From an archaeon (GTDB lineage: Archaea > SpSt-1190 > DYHY01), in contig JBBIPP010000006.1 in assembly GCA_037442745.1 (NCBI GenBank), positions 734 to 64,733 of the forward strand: a DNA stretch of 64,000 nucleotides, in the 5' to 3' direction. Below the pieces are notes generated by a model that was not told the DNA's origin, searched no databases, and saw only the letters and a program-made list of their open reading frames with translations. The translations under genes and the position numbers were made by a program. This document shows, in pieces, positions 26,176-36,512 of this stretch; within the stretch, counting starts at the first letter, position 1; each line of letters opens with the position of its first letter.

Positions 26176-29100
26176 CGGATTTCCCCGAAAAGGGAATCCC
26201 CTTTCAGTTCCTTGGATTTCCGGCGGTTCCTGGATTTCCCGGCAAATATTATTCCTGCGGCAAGTGCTATTGAAAAGAGGGCAACCCCTATTTTCAGGGC
26301 GCGATTTCCTGAGGCTGTTCTGACGCTTGCGTCATTCTCCGAGAGGATTGCGGAATAGTGTCCTAGGAAATAGCCGTCAAGCAGGCGGTTCTCAACAACC
26401 GCCTTTTTGGCCTTTTCGAGATAGAGTATTCCGGCAGTGCTCTTTTCCCCGAGCCTGTCAGCGTTCGATACTGCTTCGTGCGCCTGCCTTGCAAGCTCGC
26501 TTGACGGGGCGATTTCTCCCGACGCAGCGACAACCGAGTTTATTATTGCTCCGTATTCGGACGGAATGGGCGTCTCGGGGAGTTTCAGCCTCCTTCCGGA
26601 AAAAAGGGTGCGCGTGCGGTTCCCGACCTTCCTTTCGACAGCGGAGACAATTTTCCCGGTTATTTCCGGTCCTAGCACGCTTTCCGAGAACTCTGAGTGG
26701 GCCCAGAGCGCCGCAGATTCGATTGCCAAGTCAGCCCTCGTTGACGCTCTTTCTATTTCTTCCTCTGCTTCGGAGAGAGTTGTTTCATTGCAGTCCCGCT
26801 CAGCTTCTGAAACTAGGAGTGCTGCCTTTGACAGGTCGGGCGCATCCTCAAAGTTCCCGAACGGGAATTTTTTCCGGAGAATCCGGAGTCCTTCAGTCCT
26901 CGATTTTAGTGCCGAAATTGCGCGCCTGTCTGAGATTGCGGAGGAGGATATTTCCAGGCAGACCTCTTTTTCCCGTGCTTCCCTCTCGGAGAGTATAAGG
27001 GCGTCCGAAAGAAGGAGAGCTTCCCTAAACGAGTTCCTGCAGGCAAGCTTTGAGACCTTCTCCCTGTTCGGCGCAAGGGAGAGGAGGAGATAGTTATCAA
27101 TTGTCTTTGGGAGCGAATTTACGGCCTCTGCCTGCTTCTCCTTCGGAAGGGAATTGAAGCGTCCCTCAAGTCCGCAACAGAAAGGACAGTCGGGTGGCAG
27201 GTATTCGGAAGCTCCGGAGAATGAGACTTCGACACTTTTCGCCTCCCCTGGAGACAAGTCAACCTCGTAGAAAGAGATGCCCTCGGCCGAAGGGTATGTT
27301 TCCACCCCTCCTACGAATATTTTGGATGAGTTCTTCGGAAGGGCGAAGAAAATTTTTGCGTTCTTAAGAGGGATTCCTAGGAGGTTCCTTGCGGAAAGTG
27401 TCGCCTTCCCGGGAGCTCCGAACAGGAGGGAAACCTCGATTGGGTTTGAGTATTTTACCCTAGCTTCAATTGTCTTCCCCGAGTCAGAGCAGTTTGCAAG
27501 GACAAAAACACTTCCTTTATCAGAAAAGAATCCGGCGCCTTCGACGGAAACCCTGTCCTCTGGGAGGACGAGGCCAGTATTAATTGCAATTTCCCGGGAT
27601 GTCGGGATCTCGTTGCAGTCCAGGGAATATTTCCTGACGGCGGAATATTCTTCGGAAGTGGTTGCTTCGGAGGAATAAGTCTCTCTGCTTTCCGCAACAA
27701 TCCCGAGGCTACGCTCGAAGAGGAAATTTGCAGTGTCGCGAGAGGTTTCGCATTCGAATGAGAAGTCTATTGTCCGGGGGCCGGCCTGGCTTGATGAAAT
27801 TGCGCAACCTCCGACAGCCCAAAGTTCCCGAAGATGGGCAGGGGAATATTTTCCTGTTCGGGCAGAGAAGGCGGAAAAAAACGTCTCTCTTGAAACTTGC
27901 TTGCCGAAAAATCCTTCCGGTGGCCTGACATCGCCATATATTCTTGAATAAATTTCCCTGTTGGAAACTAGCGGACGGACGAGTTCCTCTGAGAAGGAGA
28001 ACTTCCAAGTTGAGGGGGAAAGTGAAATTGCCCGAGAATATTCCCGCTCGGCAAGGGAGAGGAACCCCCAAGCATTTTTGGCCGAAATCCATCCGTTCGA
28101 GGCGAGGAATTCGTATTTCCTTATTGACTCGAGAATTCCCTCGTCCTCCCCCGCAATAAGTCGGGCCTGCCAGCGCAGGCCGTTGACTCTTGCCTCGTAT
28201 TCCTCGGAGAGAGCAAGCAGGAGCGCTTCGTTCGTCGGGGAACTGGCGCATTTCTCGGGAGAGAGCCCTTCCCCCTCGCGCTCAATGCCATTGATTGAGA
28301 ACTCCGGAAATTTCGTTCCCCTGGGCGCGCACGCAACCTCAAAAAGCCCCATGAATTGGCCCCTTTCGTTCTCTACAAGAGCCTGTTTTGACAGAATCCG
28401 AAGGCCTGCCGGGAGATATAGGAATTCCCTGAGCTTGTCCTCAGGAACAAGTTCATCGAGGTTTCGCTCAATCATGGACGAATGTCTGATTGCGCTCTCA
28501 AGAGCCTGCTTGGCTGAGAGGAGTTCGGCGCGCAATTCATCCAATGAAATAATCCGCTCTCCCAAGCTCTTTCCTGAAAGGGAGCTTATGCCATCTGAAA
28601 ACCTATGTAGCGCCCTCTCGGAAAGGGCGATTCTCTCCGAAATGTTTCCGGATTCGTAAAATGAAGCCTCCGACTCCCCAAAACCTCTCGAAATTCCGAA
28701 TTGGAGAATTGCGGGTATTTCTCCAAGGCGCTCAGATCTAGCTTCAGAGAGGAGTTTTTCGACCTGCCTCGAGAGGAGAAAGGAATCCTCGAGTTTCTCG
28801 GCATATATTTTCTCTGCCTTGAGATAGAGCTCGGAATATTCTGAATATCTCCAGAGGGCGGAGGAAATCCGCTCGCCCCGGTTTTTGTCCCAGAAATAGC
28901 CGAAATCTGGGAGATATGCGCGCAAGGAGGTTATGTTGTTAGAAACTGTGGCCTCGCAGTCAGTTGCAAGGACGCAGGAAACTGGGTTCCCGGCGCAGGC
29001 AATGTTAAGAAGAGCCCAGCCCGGGGAGGAGCATTCGAAAAGGGACCAGTTGGCGAGAGCTGAGCAGTTCGTCCTGAATATGTAGCTCGCATGGAGGTTC

Positions 29101-29741
29101 TCGGAAAATCCTCGGAATGCGGAATAGTAAGAGATTATTTGGGAATGGAAAAGCCTTGCATCTGACAAGTCCCTCTCTATTTCCCGTGACTGCCTTGAAA
29201 GGGAGAGCGTGGAGTGTATTGAGAGAAAAGTCTCTCCTTTTCCGGATTCTCCGACAAGGCCGGATATTTTTTTCAGGCCAAGTGAATCAATTTCCGAAAG
29301 TATTGCATCATCCAAATCCCGAGCGGAAGAAAGAGCCTGGGAATATTTGAGGACTGCCGCCTCTGCGTTGTTTATTGAGGAAAACCCAGTCCAGATGTCT
29401 CGGGAATTCGAATAGTCTAGGGCGTTTTTCCAGTCCGCTCTAAGGTCTGCCAGGTGGAAGGATAGCCTCCTGCATTCCGAATAACTCTCAAAGGGAACTC
29501 CTGTTCCGCACTCTCCCCTTATTTCGTATGCTGGAAATGTATGAAGAGAGGTTATTCCCGCTCCTGAAATGTCGGAGCCAAGCCTTGCCGGAAGGGTCCT
29601 TTTGGCAAAACACCAAACATATTCGTTTTCGTTCGGAAAGGGCGAGAACCCGGGGCCTGCCATTAGGGTCTGGGCCAAAAAAACGGCGAGAATGAGAAGC
29701 CATGGCAAATTTCCAGGTTTCACCCCCATTTTCAGTGACAA
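26172..29741 (-). CDS. Large (1189 aa) membrane-anchored surface protein, unknown function
   Basis: N-terminal signal peptide, C-terminal TM plus basic tail, helical regions flanking a beta-rich centre. Confidence 0.75.
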   Translation of the reverse strand: MSLKMGVKPGNLPWLLILAVFLAQTLMAGPGFSPFPNENEYVWCFAKRTLPARLGSDISGAGITSLHTFPAYEIRGECGTGVPFESYSECRRLSFHLADLRADWKNALDYSNSRDIWTGFSSINNAEAAVLKYSQALSSARDLDDAILSEIDSLGLKKISGLVGESGKGETFLSIHSTLSLSRQSREIERDLSDARLFHSQIISYYSAFRGFSENLHASYIFRTNCSALANWSLFECSSPGWALLNIACAGNPVSCVLATDCEATVSNNITSLRAYLPDFGYFWDKNRGERISSALWRYSEYSELYLKAEKIYAEKLEDSFLLSRQVEKLLSEARSERLGEIPAILQFGISRGFGESEASFYESGNISERIALSERALHRFSDGISSLSGKSLGERIISLDELRAELLSAKQALESAIRHSSMIERNLDELVPEDKLREFLYLPAGLRILSKQALVENERGQFMGLFEVACAPRGTKFPEFSINGIEREGEGLSPEKCASSPTNEALLLALSEEYEARVNGLRWQARLIAGEDEGILESIRKYEFLASNGWISAKNAWGFLSLAEREYSRAISLSPSTWKFSFSEELVRPLVSNREIYSRIYGDVRPPEGFFGKQVSRETFFSAFSARTGKYSPAHLRELWAVGGCAISSSQAGPRTIDFSFECETSRDTANFLFERSLGIVAESRETYSSEATTSEEYSAVRKYSLDCNEIPTSREIAINTGLVLPEDRVSVEGAGFFSDKGSVFVLANCSDSGKTIEARVKYSNPIEVSLLFGAPGKATLSARNLLGIPLKNAKIFFALPKNSSKIFVGGVETYPSAEGISFYEVDLSPGEAKSVEVSFSGASEYLPPDCPFCCGLEGRFNSLPKEKQAEAVNSLPKTIDNYLLLSLAPNREKVSKLACRNSFREALLLSDALILSEREAREKEVCLEISSSAISDRRAISALKSRTEGLRILRKKFPFGNFEDAPDLSKAALLVSEAERDCNETTLSEAEEEIERASTRADLAIESAALWAHSEFSESVLGPEITGKIVSAVERKVGNRTRTLFSGRRLKLPETPIPSEYGAIINSVVAASGEIAPSSELARQAHEAVSNADRLGEKSTAGILYLEKAKKAVVENRLLDGYFLGHYSAILSENDASVRTASGNRALKIGVALFSIALAAGIIFAGKSRNRRKSKELKGDSLFGEIR

Positions 29742-29762
29742 TCCCAGCGTTTGTTTTTAATG

Positions 29763-30284
29763 CTATTTCCGGGATTCGGCCGTCCTTTCCAAGGAGCATA
29801 AAGGCTCTCCCAAAAGGGCGACAAAACAGCTCCTCTCCTCTCCTCCGCCAATGAATGCAGTTGTCCTGTTTCCTCCGACGGGAATTGAAAAGCCGTTCCC
29901 GCCTGTTGAAAATGAGAAATGCCTAATTCCGAGGCTCGCTGGTTCAGTTGCCCTTGCGGAGACTGAGAGTTCTGGTGTTCCCGAAAAACTCTCCCCTAGC
30001 TCGTTTTCCCAGAAGACTCTCCAGGAAGCCACGTTCGCTTTCGAGAGGAGATAAAGCTCGTCTGATTTGCAGTCGGCGCAGGATTCCGCAGTCTCGGCCA
30101 GAGTCTGCCAGAAAGTTTCCTCAACGTTTCGCGAGAGATAGAGTGATCTTTTGTTCTCAATTGCAATTACCGCGGATGATATCATGTCCCGCCCGTAGGA
30201 ATCCAGCCTGTATGCGACGAGAATAAGGGCCGTGGCAAGGACGAACGCCGATGCTGTTGAAAGGATAGCCCTCCTGCCAGACAT
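29763..30284 (-). CDS. Pilin-like protein
   Basis: MSGRRA|ILSTASAFVLATALILV from ATG 30284. Confidence 0.6.
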   Translation of the reverse strand: MSGRRAILSTASAFVLATALILVAYRLDSYGRDMISSAVIAIENKRSLYLSRNVEETFWQTLAETAESCADCKSDELYLLSKANVASWRVFWENELGESFSGTPELSVSARATEPASLGIRHFSFSTGGNGFSIPVGGNRTTAFIGGGEERSCFVALLGEPLCSLERTAESRK

Positions 30285-30288
30285 TTGT

Positions 30289-30708
30289 TCAGCCGTCCTC
30301 TTTTTCTGCGCAGAGTGTCGCCTTTCGGAATTGAACAGTCCCGAGAAGGGTTCTTTGGACGAAGAACCGCTCAGAACATAGCTCCCTTTCTCTGCAGGAT
30401 GGCCTATACATCGGGGTCCCATCGAGGAAGAGGCAGAGATTTTGCCCGGTCTCCACTTCAATTCTTGAGAGAGTCTCGGAATAAAAGGAAGCTCCTTCGG
30501 GCTCGGCCAGTGAAGAAAGCTTCCCGTCTGCCTCGAGGGATGAGAGAACATCTTCCAAGAGGTCGGCTTTCGATATTGTCAGGAGATTCTCCCTGAAAGA
30601 ATCCTGGCTTTCCATGGATACTGCGACTGCGGCAAACCCGAACAGGATTAGGGCGAGGAATGCATCGAAAGAAAAGAGGAAAGATTTTCTCCGCCAGTTT
30701 CCTGCCAT
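30289..30708 (-). CDS. Minor pilin-like protein
   Basis: RRKS|FLFSFDAFLALIL from ATG 30708; same FxxDA pattern as 5796..6212. Confidence 0.7.
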   Translation of the reverse strand: MAGNWRRKSFLFSFDAFLALILFGFAAVAVSMESQDSFRENLLTISKADLLEDVLSSLEADGKLSSLAEPEGASFYSETLSRIEVETGQNLCLFLDGTPMYRPSCRERELCSERFFVQRTLLGTVQFRKATLCAEKEDG

Positions 30709-30872
30709 TTTTCCTTGGAAAAATCTCGGCGCTTCTTTAAATTTTTCCGACAAAATTGGGCAATGGCAGTCCTGTGGTTTCGCGCGCTGAGGCTGAGCCA
30801 ATTTCGGCTTCAACCCAATTCATTGGCAAAGTCCAGCGCAATGCCAAAACTCAACGAGAAATAAAATGCGCG

Positions 30873-30960
30873 TGGCGCTGAGGATGGGATTCGAACCCAT
30901 GCATCCCGTAAGGGAAACCAGCTTTCCAGACTGGCGCGTTAACCGCTTCGCTACCTCAGC
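30873..30960 (-). tRNA. tRNA-Ser (GGA), CCA encoded, no intron
   Basis: GCTGAGG/CCTCAGC acceptor stem, CCAGT-CTGGAAA-GCTGG anticodon arm, long variable arm, GGTTCGAATCC T-arm, G-CCA end. Confidence 0.97.
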
Positions 30961-31151
30961 AGGCTTTCCGGTGAAACTGGCGTTGCTTTATAAAAAAGAG
31001 GTATTTTCTTTTTCCCGGTCCGTCCTTGGAACGGACAAAAGGAGGGGTCGGGAAGAACCTCAAACTGGGGGGCGACAGCCCCGCGGTTCGGACCTCAGCA
31101 AAACCCCCGGTTGTCGAAAGTTTATAAGTCAAACTGTTTTTCCCGCTTTCA

Positions 31152-32906
31152 ATGGATATTGGGGAAACAATACTCAAGCATGCGTTGAACAACGCCCGGT
31201 CTTTCGGCGGAAAAGCGAATTCCGGGGCGGTGATTGGCAAGATTCTGGCGGAAATCCCGGAAGCTAGGGAGAAAATGGGTGAAATCGGAAAGCTTGTCTC
31301 AAAAACAATCTCGGAGGTCAACTCAATGTCAATTGATGAGCAGGCGAAGATTCTATCTGAGAAATTTTCAGGCTTTATTGAGGAAAGGGAGATGGCAATG
31401 AACGAAAGGAGAAAAAAAGACGCGTCAGGCGAGAGGGAGCTTCCCCCCCTTCCGGGAGACACATCATCAGTCAGGATGAGGATGGCTCCCTACCCTTCAG
31501 GCCCCCTTCACATAGGTAACGCGAGAATGGCAGTCCTCAATGACGAGTATGTGAAGAAATACAGGGGTAAGCTTGTCCTCTTCTTCGACGACACTGTCGG
31601 AACTGAAGGAGGTGGCATTGTCGAGACCGCTACTGGAATGAGAAAAGTCCCGGAAAAGAGCATTCTTGTCGAGGCATATGACCTGATAACAAAAGGCCTG
31701 AAATGGCTCGGAGTGGAATGGCACGAGGAATATTACAAATCAGACAGGGTGGAAATCTTCTACAAGTATGCGAAAGAACTCCTTGACGCTGGGAACGCAT
31801 ATGTCTGCACTTGCGAGGGCGCGGTTTTCCGAACTGAATACAAGGCGAAGGGGATTGACTGCCCTTGTAGGAATCTCCCAATTTCAGAGAACATTGCCCG
31901 CTGGGGGAAAATGCTTGATGGGTCTTTCAAGTCTGGGGAAGCTGTTGTGCGCCTGAAGAGCGGAATGGACAACAAGAATCCTGCTCTCAGGGACCATGTT
32001 ATTATGCGCATTACTGAAAGGGCGCACCCAAGAGTCGGGACTAAATACAGGGTCTGGCCACTCCTAGAGTTCTCCTGGGGAATTGACGACCATTTGATAG
32101 AATCAACCCACATTCTCAGGGGAGCTGACTTGGTGAAGGAAGACTGGGTGGAGGAGATTGTCTGGGATTTTTTCAGGTGGCCACGTGCGCATTTCCTCCA
32201 TTACGGGAAATTCAGGCTTGAAGAAGGCGAAGGGACAATAAGCAAGTCGAAATCGAAGGAGAGAATAGTGTCAGGGGATTTCGTCGGCTGGGACGATCCG
32301 AGGACTTGGAGCCTCCAAAGCCTTGAGAGAAGGGGGATAAGGCCTGAGGCTGTCCGAAAATTCCTCCTCTCATTCGGCATGAGCATTGTCGATGTTGCGG
32401 TGGAGGCAGAAGTCCTCTACAGCATTAACAGGGAAATTATTGACAAGGATGCAGAGAGATATTTCTTCGTTTCCGAACTCGCAAGGTTCGAGCTCGAAGA
32501 GGATTCTTCTGGCTCGGCTCCTCTCCATCCGGACAGGCCGGAATTCGGGGAGAGGGCTTATTCTGTTCTCTCCGGAGAAACGGTTGCTGTCGAATCGGCC
32601 GATTCCCGCCTGTTCGAGGAAGGAAAAGCTGTGCGCCTGAAAGGTCTCGGAATTTTTGAAAAAGCGGGGACAGGCGAGCTTGTGAAAACGGAGAGAGCGC
32701 CCGATGCGACAATACACTTTGTCCAACTGAAAAACTCTATTCCGACAAAGGTTCTCATGCCTGACGGCATTTGGCTCGAAGGACTTCTTGAGGAAGCTGG
32801 GAAAGCTATCAAGCCTGGGGAAATTGTCCAGCTTGAGCGCTTTGGATTTTGCAGGCTCGACAAGTGGGTTGACGGAAGGGCAGAGTTCTGGTTCGCGCAC
32901 AAGTGA
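31152..32906 (+). CDS. gltX: Glutamyl-tRNA synthetase
   Basis: APYPSGPLHIGN, FDDT, YVCTC, THILRG, ISKS, WDDPR, QLERFGF. Confidence 0.96.
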   Translation: MDIGETILKHALNNARSFGGKANSGAVIGKILAEIPEAREKMGEIGKLVSKTISEVNSMSIDEQAKILSEKFSGFIEEREMAMNERRKKDASGERELPPLPGDTSSVRMRMAPYPSGPLHIGNARMAVLNDEYVKKYRGKLVLFFDDTVGTEGGGIVETATGMRKVPEKSILVEAYDLITKGLKWLGVEWHEEYYKSDRVEIFYKYAKELLDAGNAYVCTCEGAVFRTEYKAKGIDCPCRNLPISENIARWGKMLDGSFKSGEAVVRLKSGMDNKNPALRDHVIMRITERAHPRVGTKYRVWPLLEFSWGIDDHLIESTHILRGADLVKEDWVEEIVWDFFRWPRAHFLHYGKFRLEEGEGTISKSKSKERIVSGDFVGWDDPRTWSLQSLERRGIRPEAVRKFLLSFGMSIVDVAVEAEVLYSINREIIDKDAERYFFVSELARFELEEDSSGSAPLHPDRPEFGERAYSVLSGETVAVESADSRLFEEGKAVRLKGLGIFEKAGTGELVKTERAPDATIHFVQLKNSIPTKVLMPDGIWLEGLLEEAGKAIKPGEIVQLERFGFCRLDKWVDGRAEFWFAHK

Positions 32907-32910
32907 ATTT

Positions 32911-33734
32911 TTAGATATCTATCTCAAAGGTCTCTAAGGGAGTGAAAAATTTCCGTTCATTTAGCACAACCCCTTCGTTAAAGAAAGTAAAATTCGGAAA
33001 AACTGAAAAGAAAACTTTCCTGCCTTTCTTCAGAAAATAGCAAGGGTGTATCCGGGCATTTGAGAACTTCCGAAACCTGTTTGCAGGATAGGCAAGTTTG
33101 TGCCAGCTCAAATCCAAACCTCCGGAAAGAAGGTTCTTTGCCTCGATTATTAAAATGTGATTTTCGGTGAAAATGGAGTAGTCTAACTCTTCTTGTCCAT
33201 TATAATTGAATATTTTCTCGGCTTCTCCAGAATGCCTTCTAAAATAGACATCGAATTTAGAGGTCTTGTTGCCTCTCGGGCCGATGTAGTAGGTGGGTTC
33301 ACCAGATATTCGAGAAACTATCTTAGAAAAGACGCCATTGAAGTGGAGTTGTTCTATTGAGGCATTTTCAATCAAATTTTCTTTGAAAGAGTTCGTAAAA
33401 TTTTCGAATCCGCTCGGCAATTCCAAAGGTAGTTTGGTTGTTTTTTAAAATCCAAATCCAAATAAGGTCGAGGAAACTCTTTTTCTCTAAATACGACGAA
33501 TTTTCCTCTTCCCGTCCGTATGACATAATATCCTTTATCTTTTAGCTCACTACTCTGCTTGGAAAAAAAATCTATTGACAAAGAAGAGGCAGTTATTGTC
33601 CCACTTTTGTCTATTTTATCAAATATTTTTTCTCGTTTTAGGTATTCAACAAATCCACGTTCTTTCGAGAAACCGTTAGTTTCTATCTCATTTAAGAACT
33701 GTGTGTCCTCTAGAAGTTTAGCCCAAATATCCAT
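32911..33734 (-). pseudogene. Frameshifted PD-(D/E)xK nuclease (DUF6997-like putative restriction endonuclease)
   Basis: ORFs 33372..33734 and 32911..33426 are offset by -1. One extra A in the A6 run (33441-33446) fuses them. ELD...IIEAK motif; visibly AT-rich. Confidence 0.65.
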
Positions 33735-33774
33735 CTATATAGAGGAAAATGCCCTGAAATAAAATAGTTTATCC

Positions 33775-34578
33775 TCAGAACTTGTACATTGCCTTGGTCT
33801 TCCTCAGAATGTCCCCGTATGTGAACGCTATTGAAAGGGGGGTAATTGTGACGTGCTTTCTCTTGAAGAGGTTGTAATAGTCCCCGTCCTTTCCGGTCGG
33901 GAAATTCTCCTTTATCGCGGTCCAGTAATACTCCTTTCCGAACGGGTCCTTTCTCTTTGAATATACGTTAATGAACCTCATCAGGTCTGGCTTGCAGTAG
34001 ACTGCTTTGGTCTTGGAAGTGTAGTTGTCCGGGAAATTTATTGAGAGGACGTGCACCCCTTCCGGAAGGCCTTTCTCCCTCGCCTGCTTAATCACCTTGA
34101 AGCAGAAATCTTCAATGTCCCAGACTGCGGACGCTTTTTCCATTCTCCTCGAGTCAAACCACGCTTCCCTCGGAGCGTCCTGTGAGAATGCGATTGCCGG
34201 AATTCCGTAGAGCGCGGCCTCAAAGCAAGCTCCGATTGTCCCGGAGGAGAGTATTGATTGGACTGTCGAATTGTCCCCTACATTTATCCCGGAAACTACC
34301 AAGTCCAGCTTCCTCTTCTTCCCTGAGAAAAGGACGGAATTTCCGTAAATGAAGCAGTCGGCAGGGGTTCCTGACAGGGCATATGAATCGCATCCGTCAA
34401 TCGGGGAGGCCTTGAAAACGCGGAGGGGCTTGTGGACTGTGAACGCTTTTCCCGTCCCGCTCCTCGGGGTCTCGGGGACCAAGGCAATTGTGTTCTTGTC
34501 CTGCCTTTTTGCCGCCCGAAAAAGTATCTCGAGGTTCTTCGAGTTCCGGCCGTCGTCGTTTGTTACAAGTATTGACAT
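33775..34578 (-). CDS. surE: 5'/3'-nucleotidase SurE
   Basis: ILVTNDDG, SGTG, GTPADC, VVSGINVG, SGTIGA. Confidence 0.93.
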   Translation of the reverse strand: MSILVTNDDGRNSKNLEILFRAAKRQDKNTIALVPETPRSGTGKAFTVHKPLRVFKASPIDGCDSYALSGTPADCFIYGNSVLFSGKKRKLDLVVSGINVGDNSTVQSILSSGTIGACFEAALYGIPAIAFSQDAPREAWFDSRRMEKASAVWDIEDFCFKVIKQAREKGLPEGVHVLSINFPDNYTSKTKAVYCKPDLMRFINVYSKRKDPFGKEYYWTAIKENFPTGKDGDYYNLFKRKHVTITPLSIAFTYGDILRKTKAMYKF

Positions 34579-34696
34579 GTTTGGCCTGTCAGGGCAGAGA
34601 TAATAAAGTTTTCTTCTTCCGTTTTCGCCCGGTTTTCCCCTCAAGAAAACCTTTTAAACCCCTGAAAGTTCTCCCCCCTAAAGGAAGTAATGACTG

Positions 34697-35077
34697 ATGG
34701 CGTCCGGAAAACAATTGTTTGCAAAGTATGAAGTGCCAAAGGAACTATCCGAGAAGGCTCTCGAGGTTCTCGAAAAGGTGCGGATTGGCGGAAAGATAAA
34801 ACGCGGAACGAACGAGGTCACGAAAATGGTCGAGAGGGGCCAAGCCCTCCTGGTCGTTGTGGCAATGGATGTAGAGCCGGCAGAAGTAGTCGCCCACATC
34901 CCTCCGATATGCGAGGAAAAGGCTGTCCCGTTCGTTTTCGTTCCGGGAAAGGCTGATCTCGGAGCTGCGTCTGGAATCGAGGTCCCGACATCCGCAGTCG
35001 CGGTGGTGAAACCAGGAGACGCAAAAGCCCTAATTGACGATCTTGCAAATAAGATTTCCGAGTTCGTCAAGAAGTAG
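34697..35077 (+). CDS. rpl7ae: Ribosomal protein L7Ae
   Basis: KIKRGTNEVTK, DVEPAEVVAHIP, LGAASG. Confidence 0.97.
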   Translation: MASGKQLFAKYEVPKELSEKALEVLEKVRIGGKIKRGTNEVTKMVERGQALLVVVAMDVEPAEVVAHIPPICEEKAVPFVFVPGKADLGAASGIEVPTSAVAVVKPGDAKALIDDLANKISEFVKK

Positions 35078-35103
35078 TTGGTTAGGAGTTCTGATTAGTC
35101 AAA

Positions 35104-35376
35104 ATGTCCGAACAAAGCGCGCCTGCAAAGGTCCTCGAGGTTCTCGGGCGGACCGGAGTCAGGGGCGAGATAATACAGGTTAGGTGCGAAGTCCTCGACG
35201 GCAAAGACGCTGGAAAAATCCTTGTCAGAAACGTCAAGGGAGCGGTAAAGGTCGGAGACACCCTCCACCTCCTTGAAACAGTAATGCAGGCCAGGCGGTC
35301 TGAGAAAGGCGGAAAGAAGAAAGGGCCTCTCGGAGCCGGCGGAAGGGGCGGAGAAGAAAGGGGAGGAAGAAGGTAG
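35104..35376 (+). CDS. rps28e: Ribosomal protein S28e with Gly/Arg-rich tail
   Basis: [19 protein letters not shown]. Confidence 0.95.
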   Translation: MSEQSAPAKVLEVLGRTGVRGEIIQVRCEVLDGKDAGKILVRNVKGAVKVGDTLHLLETVMQARRSEKGGKKKGPLGAGGRGGEERGGRR

Positions 35377-35378
35377 GA

Positions 35379-35600
35379 ATGGTTCTTTTGACGAAATGCT
35401 CCTTTTGCGGAGAGGTTGTCAGGAAAGGGACTGGGAAGCTCTATGTAAAGAGCGATGGCTCAGTCTACCTCTTCTGCTCCGGAAAATGCGAATCTAACAT
35501 GATAAAGCTCGGGCGAGACCCGGCGAAAATCCTCTGGACTGAAGGGCACAGGGAAAAGAAGCGGGAAAAGAAGGCGCACAAGGACAAAAAGCAGGGCTAG
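35379..35600 (+). CDS. rpl24e: Ribosomal protein L24e
   Basis: CSFCG..GTGKLYV..FCSGKC, WT. Confidence 0.95.
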   Translation: MVLLTKCSFCGEVVRKGTGKLYVKSDGSVYLFCSGKCESNMIKLGRDPAKILWTEGHREKKREKKAHKDKKQG

Positions 35601-35615
35601 GTTTTCCACAGATCC

Positions 35616-36476
35616 TTATTTCTTTTTTCTCGTTTTGAACAATCCCTCTATTTCCTCTCGGATGGCTCTTGCCGCAAGGGCGTTCCTGTTTATCAGAACA
35701 GTCACCTGCATTTTCCCGTTCGCAATCTCGCTGAAATTGCGTATCAGGTTAGGGGAGAAGATTGTCTTGGTTTTCGCATAAGTCTCGGAGAGGAGAGAGC
35801 GCATCTCCGGGGGATTGAATATCTGTATTAGGGAGTCGCCTATTGCTATTATTTCGGGGCTCTCTGAGACCTCGGCCCCGAGAATCGTCTGTATCCCAAT
35901 TGAATTGTAGAACTTTGATACAATAGAGTCGAGGGAAGTCTCCCCCTTGCACGCAATTTTGACCTCTATTTTTCCGGAAAGCCCCCTAACAATTGCGAAA
36001 TCCTTCGGCATTAGGACGAAAGGGTTCCACATGTGTTGCACTTTTGCGACAATCCGGATCTTTTCAGAGTTCAGGGGGGTGAACTTTCCCTCCGAGAAAT
36101 TCTCAAGAAGGAACCTTATTGCCTCGTATCCAGACTGGAAATTGTGCTGAGTAGTGTCGCTATCTAAGGGAATTTTCTGGGAGCCCTCGCTATATGCGTC
36201 AGTCACGTCCCTTGAAAACCTCCCTATTCTGTTCAGCCAGTCGAGGTTTATTGAATAGTCAAGCCCGCTCTTCTCGAGAATCCCCTCATCAACCATCTGG
36301 ATTACTGCCTTGTGCGCAGCCTGATATGTTATGTCTGAGCCCTTCTCCTTCGTCAGGCGGTTGTATATTTTCCTGCACGAGAGGGGCCACTCCTTTGAGA
36401 GAATTCCCACTATCTGGCTTTTGGTCGACTTTCCTCCGGGAAGGGAGGCAACCCCGACTTCTGACGCAGTTTGCAT
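35616..36476 (-). CDS. Winged-HTH putative transcriptional regulator
   Basis: ILSKEWPLSCRKIY...ITYQAAHKAV...GILEK wHTH-like N-terminus. Confidence 0.65.
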   Translation of the reverse strand: MQTASEVGVASLPGGKSTKSQIVGILSKEWPLSCRKIYNRLTKEKGSDITYQAAHKAVIQMVDEGILEKSGLDYSINLDWLNRIGRFSRDVTDAYSEGSQKIPLDSDTTQHNFQSGYEAIRFLLENFSEGKFTPLNSEKIRIVAKVQHMWNPFVLMPKDFAIVRGLSGKIEVKIACKGETSLDSIVSKFYNSIGIQTILGAEVSESPEIIAIGDSLIQIFNPPEMRSLLSETYAKTKTIFSPNLIRNFSEIANGKMQVTVLINRNALAARAIREEIEGLFKTRKKK

Positions 36477-36512
36477 TGTTCCGCTCCGGGATAGCTGTCC
36501 TTTAATATGTTT

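Noticed and set aside
30780-30885. GCGCTGAGG near 30783 repeating the tRNA 3' end as an att site
   Set aside because: Only ~9 bp, under 100 bp from the tRNA, and no integrase
30866-31462. ORFs 30866..31267 and 30956..31462
   Set aside because: They overlap the tRNA and gltX and show no protein features
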